Shown: positions 8,136-20,822 of the stretch, piece by piece | Layout of the letters: the number at the start of each line of letters is the position of its first letter | How positions within the stretch are numbered: the stretch's first letter is position 1 | From: Bacillota bacterium | GTDB lineage: Bacteria > Bacillota > Clostridia > Peptostreptococcales > Anaerovoracaceae | Assembly (NCBI GenBank): GCA_030529985.1 | Contig: JAUMVV010000001.1 | Span: 17,333 to 81,332 of the forward strand | Length of the DNA stretch: 64,000 bases | Direction of reading: 5' to 3' | Program-made: the position numbers and the translations under genes | Notes under the pieces: generated by a model | What the model was told of the DNA's origin: nothing | Seen by the model: only the letters and a program-made list of their open reading frames with translations | Databases searched by the model: none

Positions 8136-9248
8136 CTATCTCAACTTCTCCAGCTGTTTGCTGCGGTTTTCGCTTATTACCTGATAAAAGTATGTCACCT
8201 TTTTTGCAACTTTACTGTCCCAGCTCGGGTCTGCCGCATAGGTCTTGTTGACAGAATCAATGGTATTGCCTTTGTAATACGACCCTGATGGGCTGAGATA
8301 ATTCTTTGCAAGAACTCGTCCGACAGTATCCAGGCAGTCGTTGATCGAGGCAAATCCGCTGTACCCGTATCCGCAGACATTGTTCGGGTGAAACTGCATG
8401 GTTCCGTAGGCGCTCTCGTGGGATGCGATGGCAAGCAAAAGCAGGCAGTTAAGTTCATAGTCCTGCTCCAGCTGATAAAGCTTCTCCTCCGTTCCTTCCA
8501 GCTTGTATTTTGTCACCAGCTTAAGGTCTTCTGCCGTCACCCCGCTGGGCTTGCTCATGTCCATCGCCTGAACTTCATCGTAGGAGTATGCCGGTATTTC
8601 TTCCTGCTTCAACACATAATCTACAGTGTCTTTTCTGAGGGTATCCGCCAGGTCGATCTTCTCTTTTCTTGCCTTTTCTTCTTTTTCTTCTTTGCTGCTT
8701 ATCTGACCCGGAAGCTCCAGCCCGCCCATAACGGCACTGCGGCATTCATCGTTTCGGATAATACGCCAGCTGTTATCACCGTCATCCTCCATTGCCAGAT
8801 ATATTTCCTTCGAGTTTTTCTCCGCACCTTCAGCCGCTTCATCAACCTGCTTTTTATATATGTCCAGACACCTGGCGGCGAGCTTTTCTTTATCTGTAAT
8901 TTCCTCCGAATAGAGCTTGTCCATTACAAAATCGTAGGACTCTTTTTCGTAGGCCTTTTTCACCCCTGAAAAGTCCTTGTTTGTAATCTTGACCTTTGCC
9001 ACCGCTACATCACCTTTTGCCAGGGCCTCTTCCACCTTGAAATCAAGGTTTTCAAGCACTGCCTTCCGGATTTCGTCCAGCTCCCTGCAGTCACGGTATT
9101 CCTGCACCATCTGCTGCTGCCCTGCAGCAAGCTCGGCAAAGAAATTTTCCACCGCTTCCTCCGGCTCGTCCTCAAGAACCGCAGCTATTCCCGTTGACAT
9201 CAGCGTGCTCAATATGAATGCTATTATCGTATTAAAAATCCCGTTCAT
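8136..9248 (-). CDS. Secreted/anchored peptidoglycan hydrolase, C-terminal glucosaminidase (GH73-like) domain
   Basis: Hydrophobic N-terminus; C-terminal LLAIASHESAYG...NNVCGY...YAADPSW. Confidence 0.7.
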   Translation of the reverse strand: MNGIFNTIIAFILSTLMSTGIAAVLEDEPEEAVENFFAELAAGQQQMVQEYRDCRELDEIRKAVLENLDFKVEEALAKGDVAVAKVKITNKDFSGVKKAYEKESYDFVMDKLYSEEITDKEKLAARCLDIYKKQVDEAAEGAEKNSKEIYLAMEDDGDNSWRIIRNDECRSAVMGGLELPGQISSKEEKEEKARKEKIDLADTLRKDTVDYVLKQEEIPAYSYDEVQAMDMSKPSGVTAEDLKLVTKYKLEGTEEKLYQLEQDYELNCLLLLAIASHESAYGTMQFHPNNVCGYGYSGFASINDCLDTVGRVLAKNYLSPSGSYYKGNTIDSVNKTYAADPSWDSKVAKKVTYFYQVISENRSKQLEKLR

Positions 9249-9373
9249 TTGATATGTGAGTGTTTTATGTGGATGTCTTGCGAAGTCCCATTATATAACC
9301 AAGTGTAAAAAAATCATTGGCAAATAACAAAAAAGAACATTATGTGAATTTCCGTATGCGGAATCCAGCCGGT

Positions 9374-10297
9374 TCACTTCCAAAGCTTTTCAGGATATTC
9401 ACCCTTGTCTTTTCTTGCCTGTAACTCGTCCATTACCCCTTGCTTATCTTCCTTGTATGTTACCCCGCACCACTTATCGTGACACGGCAGCACTCTTACC
9501 TTTGCTCTGCCTTCCTTGATCAGTTCATCAACTGTTCGCGGCAGCAGAAATTCCGCCTTCATAGGATTTGCAGGAACCTCATTCCTGAAAAAATTCTCTA
9601 TACGGTTTCGCGTTTCGTCGATAAATCCGCGGGTGAAGCCCCAGAAATTCATCGAAACCTGTGTTCCCTCCGGAAGCGGAACCCACTTGTCACCATCCTC
9701 GTCGTAGTAGCATATGTCTCCGCCTTTTCTCTGTATCTTGAATCTTTCCACGATGTCCTTCAGGAAACCTTCATCATCCACCTCGCATACGCCTCTGGTG
9801 ACATGACCGTTTTCTGTTATAGTGTTTTCCAGCTTATAGCCTGCCATGCAGAAATCGTAAACGGCTCCGTCCGCCTTTGCATTCTCGAGATACTCATATA
9901 CGCTGACAAATCCGCCGGGCCCGTAATAATCATCTGCATTGATGACAAGAAACGGTCCGTCAATCAGCTTGCGGCAGGCATAGATCGCGTGTGAGGTCCC
10001 CCATGGCTTTTCCCTCCCTGCCGGGATTTCACAGCCTTCCGGAATGTCTTCCAGATCCTGATACGCGTATTCTATCTTCATGAATCTGCCGGCTCTCTCA
10101 TCGACGATTTCTCTGAAAATATCTCTGTGCTCTTCTCTGATCACGAAAACGGCTCTGTCGAAACCTGCCATCATCGCATCATAAAGTGAGAAATCCAGAA
10201 TTATTTCTCCCGCTTCCGTTATTTTATCTACCTGTTTCAGACCGCCGTATCTTGAACCCATACCTGCAGCCATAATTACTAAAGCTGGTTTTGACAT
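9374..10297 (-). CDS. Sugar-phosphate nucleotidyltransferase family protein
   Basis: LVIMAAGMGSRYGGLKQ, KPWGT, INADD. Confidence 0.85.
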   Translation of the reverse strand: MSKPALVIMAAGMGSRYGGLKQVDKITEAGEIILDFSLYDAMMAGFDRAVFVIREEHRDIFREIVDERAGRFMKIEYAYQDLEDIPEGCEIPAGREKPWGTSHAIYACRKLIDGPFLVINADDYYGPGGFVSVYEYLENAKADGAVYDFCMAGYKLENTITENGHVTRGVCEVDDEGFLKDIVERFKIQRKGGDICYYDEDGDKWVPLPEGTQVSMNFWGFTRGFIDETRNRIENFFRNEVPANPMKAEFLLPRTVDELIKEGRAKVRVLPCHDKWCGVTYKEDKQGVMDELQARKDKGEYPEKLWK

Positions 10298-10324
10298 AAT
10301 ACTGCCTCCTTTTGTTTTGAGATA

Positions 10325-10816
10325 TTATAACACAGAATAGAGTTTCTTCTGACGCTCTATGAGTTCGTGAAATCTTTCCCGTTTTTCGGCATACGCTTCG
10401 CTTCCTTCTTCGGCCGTTACGCTCATGAAAGCATGATATGTGTCTTCTGATTCACAGGCTTTCTCCCAGAGCTGGTCCTCCGTATAATCTTCGCCGGCAA
10501 TCACCGTCTCGCCCTGCAGTATTATTTCACGGCAGTCTTCATCGTAGAGAATCCCGTCGCCGCAGGCAACAACGAAGCCGTTATTGTCAGCCGCATCTTG
10601 AGTTCCTGCTTCCTGCAGTGCCCTCAGTGCTTCCAGTTCCGCATTTCTGTAGCAGTGTTCTCCATGCATCATCACCATGCGTTTTACGGACCATTGCTCC
10701 CTCTGCTCTATCTCCTTGTCGAGATCATGCAAAGCCAGCCCTTCCGCTTCTGCAAGCTGTTTTGCCCTCTCCATTATCGGTGCTCCGAAATATCCCGTCA
10801 CATATATTTTTCTCAT
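10325..10816 (-). CDS. Shikimate kinase-fold protein with degenerate P-loop
   Basis: DLDKEIE, GEHCYRNAE, VVACGDG resemble AroK; Walker A reads GYFGAPIM. Confidence 0.6.
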   Translation of the reverse strand: MRKIYVTGYFGAPIMERAKQLAEAEGLALHDLDKEIEQREQWSVKRMVMMHGEHCYRNAELEALRALQEAGTQDAADNNGFVVACGDGILYDEDCREIILQGETVIAGEDYTEDQLWEKACESEDTYHAFMSVTAEEGSEAYAEKRERFHELIERQKKLYSVL

Positions 10817-11042
10817 ACCTGTTCTGAAACCTCCCTGCTTTCGCCGCAGATCCCGTCATAACCTGTCAAACCCGGTCACTAATCCGATTATGTGCCCAAC
10901 CATATCCTGCCGCATTTTCCATCATATATTCAGCCTTATCCGGTCATTTACCATTATCCTTTAACAGGCTATCGGTTTCAATATTTTTTTGCACTGTGTT
11001 ATAATGTTTCCGAACAAAATAAAAACTAATGGGAGGTAGCTG

Positions 11043-11591
11043 ATGATTCACAGAAAAGACGATATTGCTCGCGAGGCGACAATGGATGTTGCCCGGAAAA
11101 TGCTGGCGGCTGCACTGACAGCTCCGAAGGCTTGCGGTGTGGATGATGTTGATGCCCTGATACTGACAGGCGAGGAAAAAAACACTCTCGCAAAGCACAT
11201 GAGAGATATCGCCGATGAAACCGGCGAGGATTTTTATGCCAGAGATGCAGGCAATGTAGACAACAGTATCTGCGTTCTGCTTATCTGGGCCAAGGACGAA
11301 CCTCTGCAGCTGACAAACTGCGGTCTTTGCGGCTTTGCCGATTGTGCGGCCAACCGCGCAGCAGGTGCCGTCTGCGCATTTAACATCACCGACGCAGGTA
11401 TCGCTGTGGGCTCGGCGGTGAGCATCGCAGCAGATAACCGCATCGATAACCGAGTCCTTTTTTCGGCAGGTAAGGGTGCTGCCAAAATGGATCTTTTCGG
11501 CAATGAAGTCAGAGTTTGCTACGGCATTCCTCTCTCCGTCTCATCAAAGAGCGTTTTCTTTGACAGAGGCGATCAGGATGTGGCTTTTTAG
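11043..11591 (+). CDS. DUF2148-type ferredoxin-domain / nitroreductase-like protein
   Basis: AALTAPKACG, CGLCGFADC, DAGIAVGSA, IDNRVLFS, FFDR; RBS GGGAGG. Confidence 0.75.
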   Translation: MIHRKDDIAREATMDVARKMLAAALTAPKACGVDDVDALILTGEEKNTLAKHMRDIADETGEDFYARDAGNVDNSICVLLIWAKDEPLQLTNCGLCGFADCAANRAAGAVCAFNITDAGIAVGSAVSIAADNRIDNRVLFSAGKGAAKMDLFGNEVRVCYGIPLSVSSKSVFFDRGDQDVAF

Positions 11592-11750
11592 GGAAAAATT
11601 TCCGGTGGAGCAATTATTACCTTGACCGGAAAGGTTGCGAGAATCGTATTTGCAATGCCTGACAACCAGTAAGAATTCGGTTCTGCATTAATGATACGAG
11701 AAAAACAAAGTTGACAGCTTGAAACTGTTTGACTTTTTATAGGAGCAGAT

Positions 11751-12491
11751 ATGAAGATAATTCGGAATCTCCCCGCAGCAGTCAAGCTGCTTCGGGTCGT
11801 GAGATACTTTAATAAAAACATGAAAAAGATAGATGATGCAAAGGCAGCCGGTGATTTTGTGGAGGAACGCAAGTGGATCCTGGATTCCACATCCACCTTC
11901 GGTCCCATGATAATGGAGGAGTTCGGCTGTAATCTCCATATTCAGGGGGAAGAGAACATCCCTGACGAAGGTCCTGTTGTAATCATCTCAAACCATCAGA
12001 GCTATACGGATATTCCGGTTCTTATGGCCGTATTCCGTAAGTTCCAGTTTGGCTTCATTGCCAAGCAGTACCTCGCCAAGGCTCCGCTTCTGGGCTCGTG
12101 GATGCCTCGAATTCGGTCTGTCTTTATAGAGAATGACAACCCCCGTGCCGCACTGGATGCCATTTACCGGGGCGTCGAATATATCAACGAGGGCTTTTCG
12201 ATGGCAATCTTCCCTGAAGGGACGAGAAGCAAAGGCTCCGAAGTCGGAACATTTATGAGGGGTGCGCTTAAGCTGGCCACTAAACCGGGGGTTCCCATCA
12301 TCCCCGTTTCAATCAACGGGACCTACAAGACCTTCGAGGAAACCGGCGTGGCACGGGGTGCCCGTATAGATGTTATCGTGCATCCTAAGATGGAAACAGC
12401 CGGCATCACAAGAGCCGAGGAAAAGCTCCTGCCCGATAAGCTCGAAGGAATAATAAAAGAGGGTGTCAGAGAAATCGTTTCCGCAAACTAA
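11751..12491 (+). CDS. plsC: 1-acyl-sn-glycerol-3-phosphate acyltransferase
   Basis: NHQSYTD, FPEGTRS, PIIPVSI. Confidence 0.88.
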   Translation: MKIIRNLPAAVKLLRVVRYFNKNMKKIDDAKAAGDFVEERKWILDSTSTFGPMIMEEFGCNLHIQGEENIPDEGPVVIISNHQSYTDIPVLMAVFRKFQFGFIAKQYLAKAPLLGSWMPRIRSVFIENDNPRAALDAIYRGVEYINEGFSMAIFPEGTRSKGSEVGTFMRGALKLATKPGVPIIPVSINGTYKTFEETGVARGARIDVIVHPKMETAGITRAEEKLLPDKLEGIIKEGVREIVSAN

Positions 12492-12549
12492 AGCGAGATG
12501 AAGAATGCCAAAACACAAAACAGATTGTGGTATATTCCCTCTCACCTTT

Positions 12550-12594
12550 CAAAAAATGACAACATGCCCCGGCAGGTGATGTTGTCATTTTTTG
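12550..12594. terminator. Bidirectional terminator between plsC and trpS
   Basis: CAAAAAATGACAACAT...ATGTTGTCATTTTTTG inverted repeat between convergent genes. Confidence 0.8.
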
Positions 12595-12649
12595 GTGTCT
12601 CAATTGCCTGATTTTATTTTGCTGCTGCTTCCTGTCGCTGCTGCTTGTT

Positions 12650-13630
12650 TCAGATTCCCATTCCGAACCTGTCTCTGACTCTCTTCATCACAGGCTCTGC
12701 GATGGCGTTGGCTCTCTCTGCTCCGTCTTTGAGGACTCTGATCAGCTCGTCGGAATGCCGGATCTCTTCATAGTTCTTCCTGATAGGAGTCAGAGCTTCC
12801 TGCGTTACGGCAACCAGCTCCTTCTTCAGATCTCCATAGCCTCTCCATTGCCGGCCTGCAAGTATCTCTTCTATGCTTTTCCCGCTGAAGGAACTGTAGA
12901 TGTTCAGCAGATTGCTCACTCCCGGCTTGTTTTCCGGATCAAATCTTATTTCTCCGTCCGAATCGGTTGTGGCTCTCATTATGGATTTCTTTATCTTGTT
13001 GTCTTCATCGAGGAGAGAAATTCTTGAGTGCTCGTTCTCTGCGGATTTGCTCATCTTGGCCTCCGGATCGTCCAGAGCCATGATGCGGGCTCCCGCCTTC
13101 ATGAATCTCCCTTCGGGAACCACGAAGGTTTCACCGTACTTGTTGTTGACTCTTATGGCGATGTCACGGGTCAGCTCAATATGCTGTTTCTGGTCATTTC
13201 CCACGGGAACAACATCCGTATCGTAGAGCAGGATGTCTGCCGCCATGAGAACCGGATAGGTCAGAAGCCCCGTGCCCACCGATTCCTTGCCTCCGCTCTT
13301 CGCCTTGAACTGCGTCATTCTGAAAAGCTCGCCCGTGTATGAATTGCAGCACAAAATCCATCCCAGTTCTGCGTGTCCCGCTACCTGTGACTGAACGAAT
13401 ATTATGGATTTGGCGGGGTCAACTCCGATTGCCATGTATAGTGCCGCCACATCGAGGATATGTTCCCTGAGTTCCTTCGGATCCTGGGGAACGGTTATAG
13501 CGTGCTCATCCACGATGCAGTAAATGCATTCATGGTCATCCTGAAGCTCAACAAACTGCTTCAGGGCTCCCAGATAGTTTCCTATGTGTATGTTTCCTGT
13601 CGGCTGAACGCCCGAAAATACTCTCTTCAT
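12650..13630 (-). CDS. trpS: Tryptophan--tRNA ligase
   Basis: SGVQPTGNIHIGNYLGA, VPVGNDQKQH, KMSKS. Confidence 0.97.
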   Translation of the reverse strand: MKRVFSGVQPTGNIHIGNYLGALKQFVELQDDHECIYCIVDEHAITVPQDPKELREHILDVAALYMAIGVDPAKSIIFVQSQVAGHAELGWILCCNSYTGELFRMTQFKAKSGGKESVGTGLLTYPVLMAADILLYDTDVVPVGNDQKQHIELTRDIAIRVNNKYGETFVVPEGRFMKAGARIMALDDPEAKMSKSAENEHSRISLLDEDNKIKKSIMRATTDSDGEIRFDPENKPGVSNLLNIYSSFSGKSIEEILAGRQWRGYGDLKKELVAVTQEALTPIRKNYEEIRHSDELIRVLKDGAERANAIAEPVMKRVRDRFGMGI

Positions 13631-13642
13631 CCTTGTGCTCTC

Positions 13643-16255
13643 CTATATATCCAGCGTTGTCTGTTCTGAATCCTTATCAGTGTTTTCTTCTTCCTTTTCG
13701 GCGGTTTTTTTCTTCACCGGTTTCGCGACCTTTACCGTCTTCCTCCTGTCTCCGGTCTTTCTCTGCTCCTTCTGCTTATGAGCAAGCTCTGCATCTCTGG
13801 CTCGTTCCTCTTCATTGATAACCTTCGACATGGATATTATCTCTATATCCTCTCCGGTTCTCATTATCTTGACCCCCTGAGTCGCCCGTCCCAGCTTGCT
13901 GATGCTTCCGGCTTTTATCCTGATAACCGTTCCCTTGGAATTGATGAGCATCACCTCATCGTTATCGTCAACTACAATGGCTCCTATCAGATGTCCGGTT
14001 TTCTTGAATTTGCTCTTATCGTATGTCAGAAGACCCTTGCCGCCTCTCGCCTGCACCTTGTATTCCTCAACAGGCGTCCTCTTGCCGTATCCCTTGCCGG
14101 TTACAACCAGGAGTTCCTCTCCCGGCTGCACAAGCTGCATCGCCACAACCTCGTCATCATCCTCCAGCTTGATAGCCCGGACGCCTCCGGCAACTCTGCC
14201 CATAGGTCTTACATCCTGCTCGCTGAAGCTGATGCATTTGCCGTTCCTGGTGATTATAATCACATTGTCGGTTCCGCTGGTCTGCTTGATTTCAACAAGT
14301 TCATCTCCATCCTTCAGGGTAATGGCTATCAGTCCCGTCTTCCTGTTTGTGTCAAACTCCGAAATAGCCGTCTTCTTGATTGTCCCGTTTTTGGTGACCC
14401 CTATCAGATACTTGTCATCTCTGAAATCCCTGAACGGTATCACGGCGGATATCCTCTCTCTCTGCATAAGATTCAGGAAATTGGCCGCATTTGTTCCCTT
14501 GGCTGTTCTGTTCGCCTCCGGAATCTCGTAGGCCTTGATCTTGTGAACCTTACCCATACTGGTAAAGAACATGAGGTAATCGTGGGTCGATGTCATTATC
14601 AGATCCCGGATAAAATCATCGTCCCTTGTTGTAACACCGGTTATTCCCTTGCCGCCCCGTCGCTGGGTCTTATAGGTGTCTGCCGGAACTCTCTTCAGAT
14701 ATCCTCTATGGGTCAGGGTGATTGCGACCTGTTTTTCCTCGATAAGATCCTCTTCATCCATATCCTCCGCATCTCCGATTATCTGCGTCTTCCTCTTGTC
14801 TCCCCATTTTTTCTTTATTTCAAGGAGTTCTTCCTTTATCACCCTGAGCAGCAGCTTACCGTCTCCCAGAATACTCCTGTAGTAGGCGATCTTCTTCTGA
14901 AGTTCCTCGTATTCCGCCTCGATTTTTTCTCTCTCAAGTCCCTGCAGCCGGGCGAGTCTCATGTCGAGAATGGCCTGTGCCTGTATATCCGAAAGAGCGA
15001 AACGCTTCATCAGCTTTTGCTTGGCATCATTGTAACTGGATCTGATTATCCTGATTATTTCGTCGATGTTGTCCAGCGCTATCCGCAGACCCTCCAGTAT
15101 GTGGGCTCTGGCTTCCGCCTTATCCAGATCGTACTTTGTCCTTCTCGTGACGACATCCTTCTGATGTTCCAGATACTCATCGAGTATTTCCCTGATGTTC
15201 AAAATCTTCGGCCTGCCCTTTACTATAGCAAGCATAATCATGGAAACATTCTCCTGGAGAGCGGTGTGCTTATACAGCTTGTTGAGCATTACCCTTGGGT
15301 TAGCTGTTGCCTTCAGTTCAATTACTATCCTTATTCCCTTGCGGTTTGACTCGTCACGAATTCCGGAAATCCCCTCCAGCTTCTTGTCCCTTACCATTTC
15401 ACCTATTTTTTCCAGCATTCTCGCCTTGTTTACCTGGTAAGGTATCTCCGTCACTATTATCTGTGACCTTCCGCGGGTCGTCTCCTCGATTTCGCACACC
15501 GATCTGACAACGCACTTGCCTTGCCCCGTTCTGTATGCCTCCTGTATTCCCTTCCTGCCCATAATAACAGCACCTGTAGGGAAATCAGGACCCTTGATTA
15601 TCTTGATAAGATCATCGACAGTACACTCTTCATCCCCGATTTCCTTGTCTATCATCTTCACGCAGGCATCTATAGTTTCCGAAAGGTTGTGGGGAGGAAT
15701 CGATGTTGCCATACCTACCGCTATACCGTTGCTCCCATTGATCAGAAGGTTAGGAACCCTTGCGGGCAAAACAATCGGTTCCTTCTCCTCTTCATCGAAG
15801 TTGGGAACGAAATCAACCGTGTCCTTATCTATATCACGGAGCATCTGCAGAGCGAACGGAGTCATTCTGGCTTCCGTATATCTCATTGCTGCGGCTCCAT
15901 CACCGTCAATTGAGCCGAAATTCCCATGCCCGTCAACCAGCATGTATCTCGTCGCGAAAGGCTGAGCCAGCTTTACCATCGCTTCATAGATGGAGCTGTC
16001 GCCGTGAGGGTGATATTTACCCATTACTTCACCGACGATACGAGCCGACTTCTTGTGAGGTTTGTCAGGAGTTATTCCCAGTTCATGCATTCCATACAGG
16101 ATTCTCCTGTGCACAGGCTTGAGTCCGTCACGAACATCGGGAAGGGCACGCCCCACTATAACGCTCATGGCGTAGTCGATGTAGGAGTTCTTCATCTCGT
16201 CATGAATTTCATGCTGTATCATTCTTTGGTCTTCAAGCAGATTTACTTTTGTCAT
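13643..16255 (-). CDS. gyrA: DNA gyrase subunit A
   Basis: [29 protein letters not shown], GyrA box QRRGGKG. Confidence 0.97.
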   Translation of the reverse strand: MTKVNLLEDQRMIQHEIHDEMKNSYIDYAMSVIVGRALPDVRDGLKPVHRRILYGMHELGITPDKPHKKSARIVGEVMGKYHPHGDSSIYEAMVKLAQPFATRYMLVDGHGNFGSIDGDGAAAMRYTEARMTPFALQMLRDIDKDTVDFVPNFDEEEKEPIVLPARVPNLLINGSNGIAVGMATSIPPHNLSETIDACVKMIDKEIGDEECTVDDLIKIIKGPDFPTGAVIMGRKGIQEAYRTGQGKCVVRSVCEIEETTRGRSQIIVTEIPYQVNKARMLEKIGEMVRDKKLEGISGIRDESNRKGIRIVIELKATANPRVMLNKLYKHTALQENVSMIMLAIVKGRPKILNIREILDEYLEHQKDVVTRRTKYDLDKAEARAHILEGLRIALDNIDEIIRIIRSSYNDAKQKLMKRFALSDIQAQAILDMRLARLQGLEREKIEAEYEELQKKIAYYRSILGDGKLLLRVIKEELLEIKKKWGDKRKTQIIGDAEDMDEEDLIEEKQVAITLTHRGYLKRVPADTYKTQRRGGKGITGVTTRDDDFIRDLIMTSTHDYLMFFTSMGKVHKIKAYEIPEANRTAKGTNAANFLNLMQRERISAVIPFRDFRDDKYLIGVTKNGTIKKTAISEFDTNRKTGLIAITLKDGDELVEIKQTSGTDNVIIITRNGKCISFSEQDVRPMGRVAGGVRAIKLEDDDEVVAMQLVQPGEELLVVTGKGYGKRTPVEEYKVQARGGKGLLTYDKSKFKKTGHLIGAIVVDDNDEVMLINSKGTVIRIKAGSISKLGRATQGVKIMRTGEDIEIISMSKVINEEERARDAELAHKQKEQRKTGDRRKTVKVAKPVKKKTAEKEEENTDKDSEQTTLDI

Positions 16256-16272
16256 TTCGAGGTCCTCCTTTC

Positions 16273-18250
<1,978 letters not shown>

Positions 18251-18270
18251 TACTAACGGGCTGTTTTAAT

Positions 18271-18316
18271 AAAAAACACGACTTTTCGGATTAAATCCCT
18301 TAAAATCGTGTTTTTT
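18271..18316 (-). terminator. Hairpin/terminator between recF and gyrB
   Basis: AAAAAACACGA...TCGTGTTTTTT inverted repeat. Confidence 0.6.
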
Positions 18317-18392
18317 ATCCTTTATATTTATGCTTCAGATTCGAGCTGCACTTTTGATTTTTTACATATATTTCTATATTTACTGCCCCACA

Positions 18393-19487
18393 TCATGTTG
18401 TGTTTTGATGAATATCATTTTTGCAGCTTATATTGTCTTCCCTTATTATATTTCCCTCTCTTATGAAAATTATCTTTCCTTCCGGCAGATTTTCCTTTAC
18501 CTCATCTGTCAGATCTGTAGTCGTTATGAACATCTGATTCTCACCCAGCATATTCATCAGCAGAATCTGTCTCTCATTATCCAGCTCCGACAGTACATCG
18601 TCAAGGAGAAGGACAGGTTTTTCACCTTTTTCTTCTTCTATTATCTTTATTTCAGACAGTTTCAGAGACAGCGCCGCTGTTCTCTGCTGCCCCTGGGAAC
18701 CGAATTTTCTAAGATCCACACCGTTTGCGGATATTCTGAAATCATCCCTGTGAGGTCCGTGCATCGTTGTTCTTTTTCTTATATCTTCACCTGTTCTTTC
18801 GGGATCAAATTCGCATGGTTCGTACTTCAGCTCCAGCTTTTCCTTTCCTCCGCTTATCCTGTCGTGAATATCCCTGCTTATTATATCTATCTTTTCGATG
18901 AAATTTTTTCTTTTTTCTATTATCCTTTTTCCCGTCGCGGCGAGCTGCATATCCCAGACGGCAAGCATATCCATATCTATATTTTCACCTTTAAGATATG
19001 AATTTCTCTGTCTGAGTACTCTCCTGTATTCATTCAGATCCGAAAGGTATCCTACTCTTATCTGACACAGTTCACTGTCAATAAATCTTCTTCTCTTTTC
19101 AGGATCCTCTTTTACTATCTTCAGATCTTCCGGCGAAAATACTATGATAAACAGTCTGTCAAGAAGTTCTGAAGCCTTAACTATCCTTATCCCGTCAGCT
19201 TTTATTCCTTTTTTTCCATCTCTTCTTATAACTATTTCCGTCATTCTTTCATCACCGGAGGAAATGAAGCTGCTCTTTATTCTGCAGTAATCCTCGCCGA
19301 ATTTTATAAGCTCTTTATCACGGGAAACTCTGAATGATCGACCGAGAGCATTTAAATAAATACCCTCCAATAAATTGGTCTTTCCCTGAGCATTGTCGCC
19401 CAGAAAAAGATTTATCTTATCATCGAAGGATACTTTTATGTCGCTGTAATTTCTGAATTTGTGAAGTTCTATATCTTTAATATACAT
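18393..19487 (-). CDS. recF: DNA replication/repair protein RecF
   Basis: GDNAQGKTNLLE, GPHRDD, GSQGQQR, LLLDDVLSELD. Confidence 0.97.
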   Translation of the reverse strand: MYIKDIELHKFRNYSDIKVSFDDKINLFLGDNAQGKTNLLEGIYLNALGRSFRVSRDKELIKFGEDYCRIKSSFISSGDERMTEIVIRRDGKKGIKADGIRIVKASELLDRLFIIVFSPEDLKIVKEDPEKRRRFIDSELCQIRVGYLSDLNEYRRVLRQRNSYLKGENIDMDMLAVWDMQLAATGKRIIEKRKNFIEKIDIISRDIHDRISGGKEKLELKYEPCEFDPERTGEDIRKRTTMHGPHRDDFRISANGVDLRKFGSQGQQRTAALSLKLSEIKIIEEEKGEKPVLLLDDVLSELDNERQILLMNMLGENQMFITTTDLTDEVKENLPEGKIIFIREGNIIREDNISCKNDIHQNTT

Positions 19488-19517
19488 ATTATTGCGGCGA
19501 AGCCGCCGACAGGAATT

Positions 19518-20633
19518 TTACATTACAGGAATTCTTACCGGAAGTATGAGATACTCATATGCATCTCCTTCAGCCGGCTTCACTACACATGGAGAAACAC
19601 CTGTCTTGAAATTCATGGAAATTTTCTCATCATCTCTAGCCTTGAGAACATCTATGACGAACTTTGAATTAAACCCTATTTCAATATCATTGCCCGTCTT
19701 TTCTATAATAATCTCTTCCTTTACATTTCCTTCTTCTGATCTGGATGTTATCTTCATAAGATCATTGACTATGGATATCTTTATTAAATTATTTTTCCCT
19801 TCTTTGGCCAGAAGAGACGCTCTCTCTATACTGTCCAGCAGTATTTCTTTACCTGCTGTAACTTTAGTGCTGTTTTCTGACGGTATTATATCTCTGTACT
19901 TGATGTATTCACCCTCCATTATGCGGAGGATAATTTCCGTTTTCCCAATGCTGAACAGAGCCTTCTTCGCCCCAAGTGAAACATTTATCTCCTTTTCATC
20001 ATCATCCTCGGAAATTATTTTGCTTATTTCATTCATAACCTTCGCGGAAATAATGAATTTCCTTTCCTTGCTGCTCTTCATATTTTCCTTTACAAGAGCA
20101 AGTCTGAAGCCGTCCAGGGAAACCATTTTAATATCTCTTTCACTTATTTCCGTCAATATTCCTGTGAGGACTCCCTTTGATTCATCGATGCTGGCAGCAA
20201 AAGCTGTCTTTCTCACCATATCTCTGAATATATTGCTGTCTATCAGGAAATTCTCGCTTTCTTCTTCTTTTTCACCCACATTCGGAAATTCATCCACCGG
20301 AAGACTTATAAGTTTAAATTCCGAAAAATCGGTTTTTATTATTACGGAACTTTCCTCATCCTTATATATTGTTATCTCTTCATTTGGAAGTTTTCTTATT
20401 ATGTCACCGAAAAGTCTGGATATAACGACTGCCGAACCTTCTTCTTCAACATTTGCTTCTATTTCCTTCTTAATGCTTATATCGAAATCAGAAGCAGTCA
20501 TTATCAGTTTATTGTCGGCAGTGGCCTGAATAAGTATCCCCTTTAATATTGGGAGTGTTGTCCTGTTGGAAACTGCCTTGGAAACAGTATTCATTGCTTT
20601 TGCAAGAACCTGCTGATTACATGTAAATCTCAT
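19518..20633 (-). CDS. dnaN: DNA polymerase III beta clamp
   Basis: TTLPILKGILI, LDGFRLA, IGFNSKF, LILPVR; between dnaA and recF. Confidence 0.97.
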   Translation of the reverse strand: MRFTCNQQVLAKAMNTVSKAVSNRTTLPILKGILIQATADNKLIMTASDFDISIKKEIEANVEEEGSAVVISRLFGDIIRKLPNEEITIYKDEESSVIIKTDFSEFKLISLPVDEFPNVGEKEEESENFLIDSNIFRDMVRKTAFAASIDESKGVLTGILTEISERDIKMVSLDGFRLALVKENMKSSKERKFIISAKVMNEISKIISEDDDEKEINVSLGAKKALFSIGKTEIILRIMEGEYIKYRDIIPSENSTKVTAGKEILLDSIERASLLAKEGKNNLIKISIVNDLMKITSRSEEGNVKEEIIIEKTGNDIEIGFNSKFVIDVLKARDDEKISMNFKTGVSPCVVKPAEGDAYEYLILPVRIPVM

Positions 20634-20659
20634 AACTGAACCTCCGAAAATAAAATAAA

Positions 20660-20813
20660 AAATCCTTTATTATTATATATTATATTCAGTAGTAATAGTA
20701 GTAGAGTCTGTTAATATGTTGATAAGTACTTCTATCGTTGAAAACAAGCCAAAAGTTATCAAATATCCGCTGTTAATAAGTTGTTCGATCATATCAACAG
20801 GGGATGTTGATAA
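20660..20813 (-). other. oriC unwinding sub-region: DnaA boxes, DnaA-trios, AT-rich DUE
   Basis: Minus strand TTATCAACA-TATTAACA-GACT-CTACTACTATTACTACT followed by an AT-rich tract; further boxes at 20771 (TGTTAATAA), 20791 (ATATCAACA), 20805 (TGTTGATAA); gene strand bias flips at this locus. Confidence 0.85.
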
Positions 20814-20822
20814 GTTAAAATA

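Noticed and set aside
10989-11005. TTGCACTGT..TATAAT motif also found near 29091
   Set aside because: Explained as ordinary extended -10 promoter regions; too short to infer a shared regulator
13778-15349. 523 aa plus-strand ORF
   Set aside because: Antisense to gyrA with no recognisable motifs
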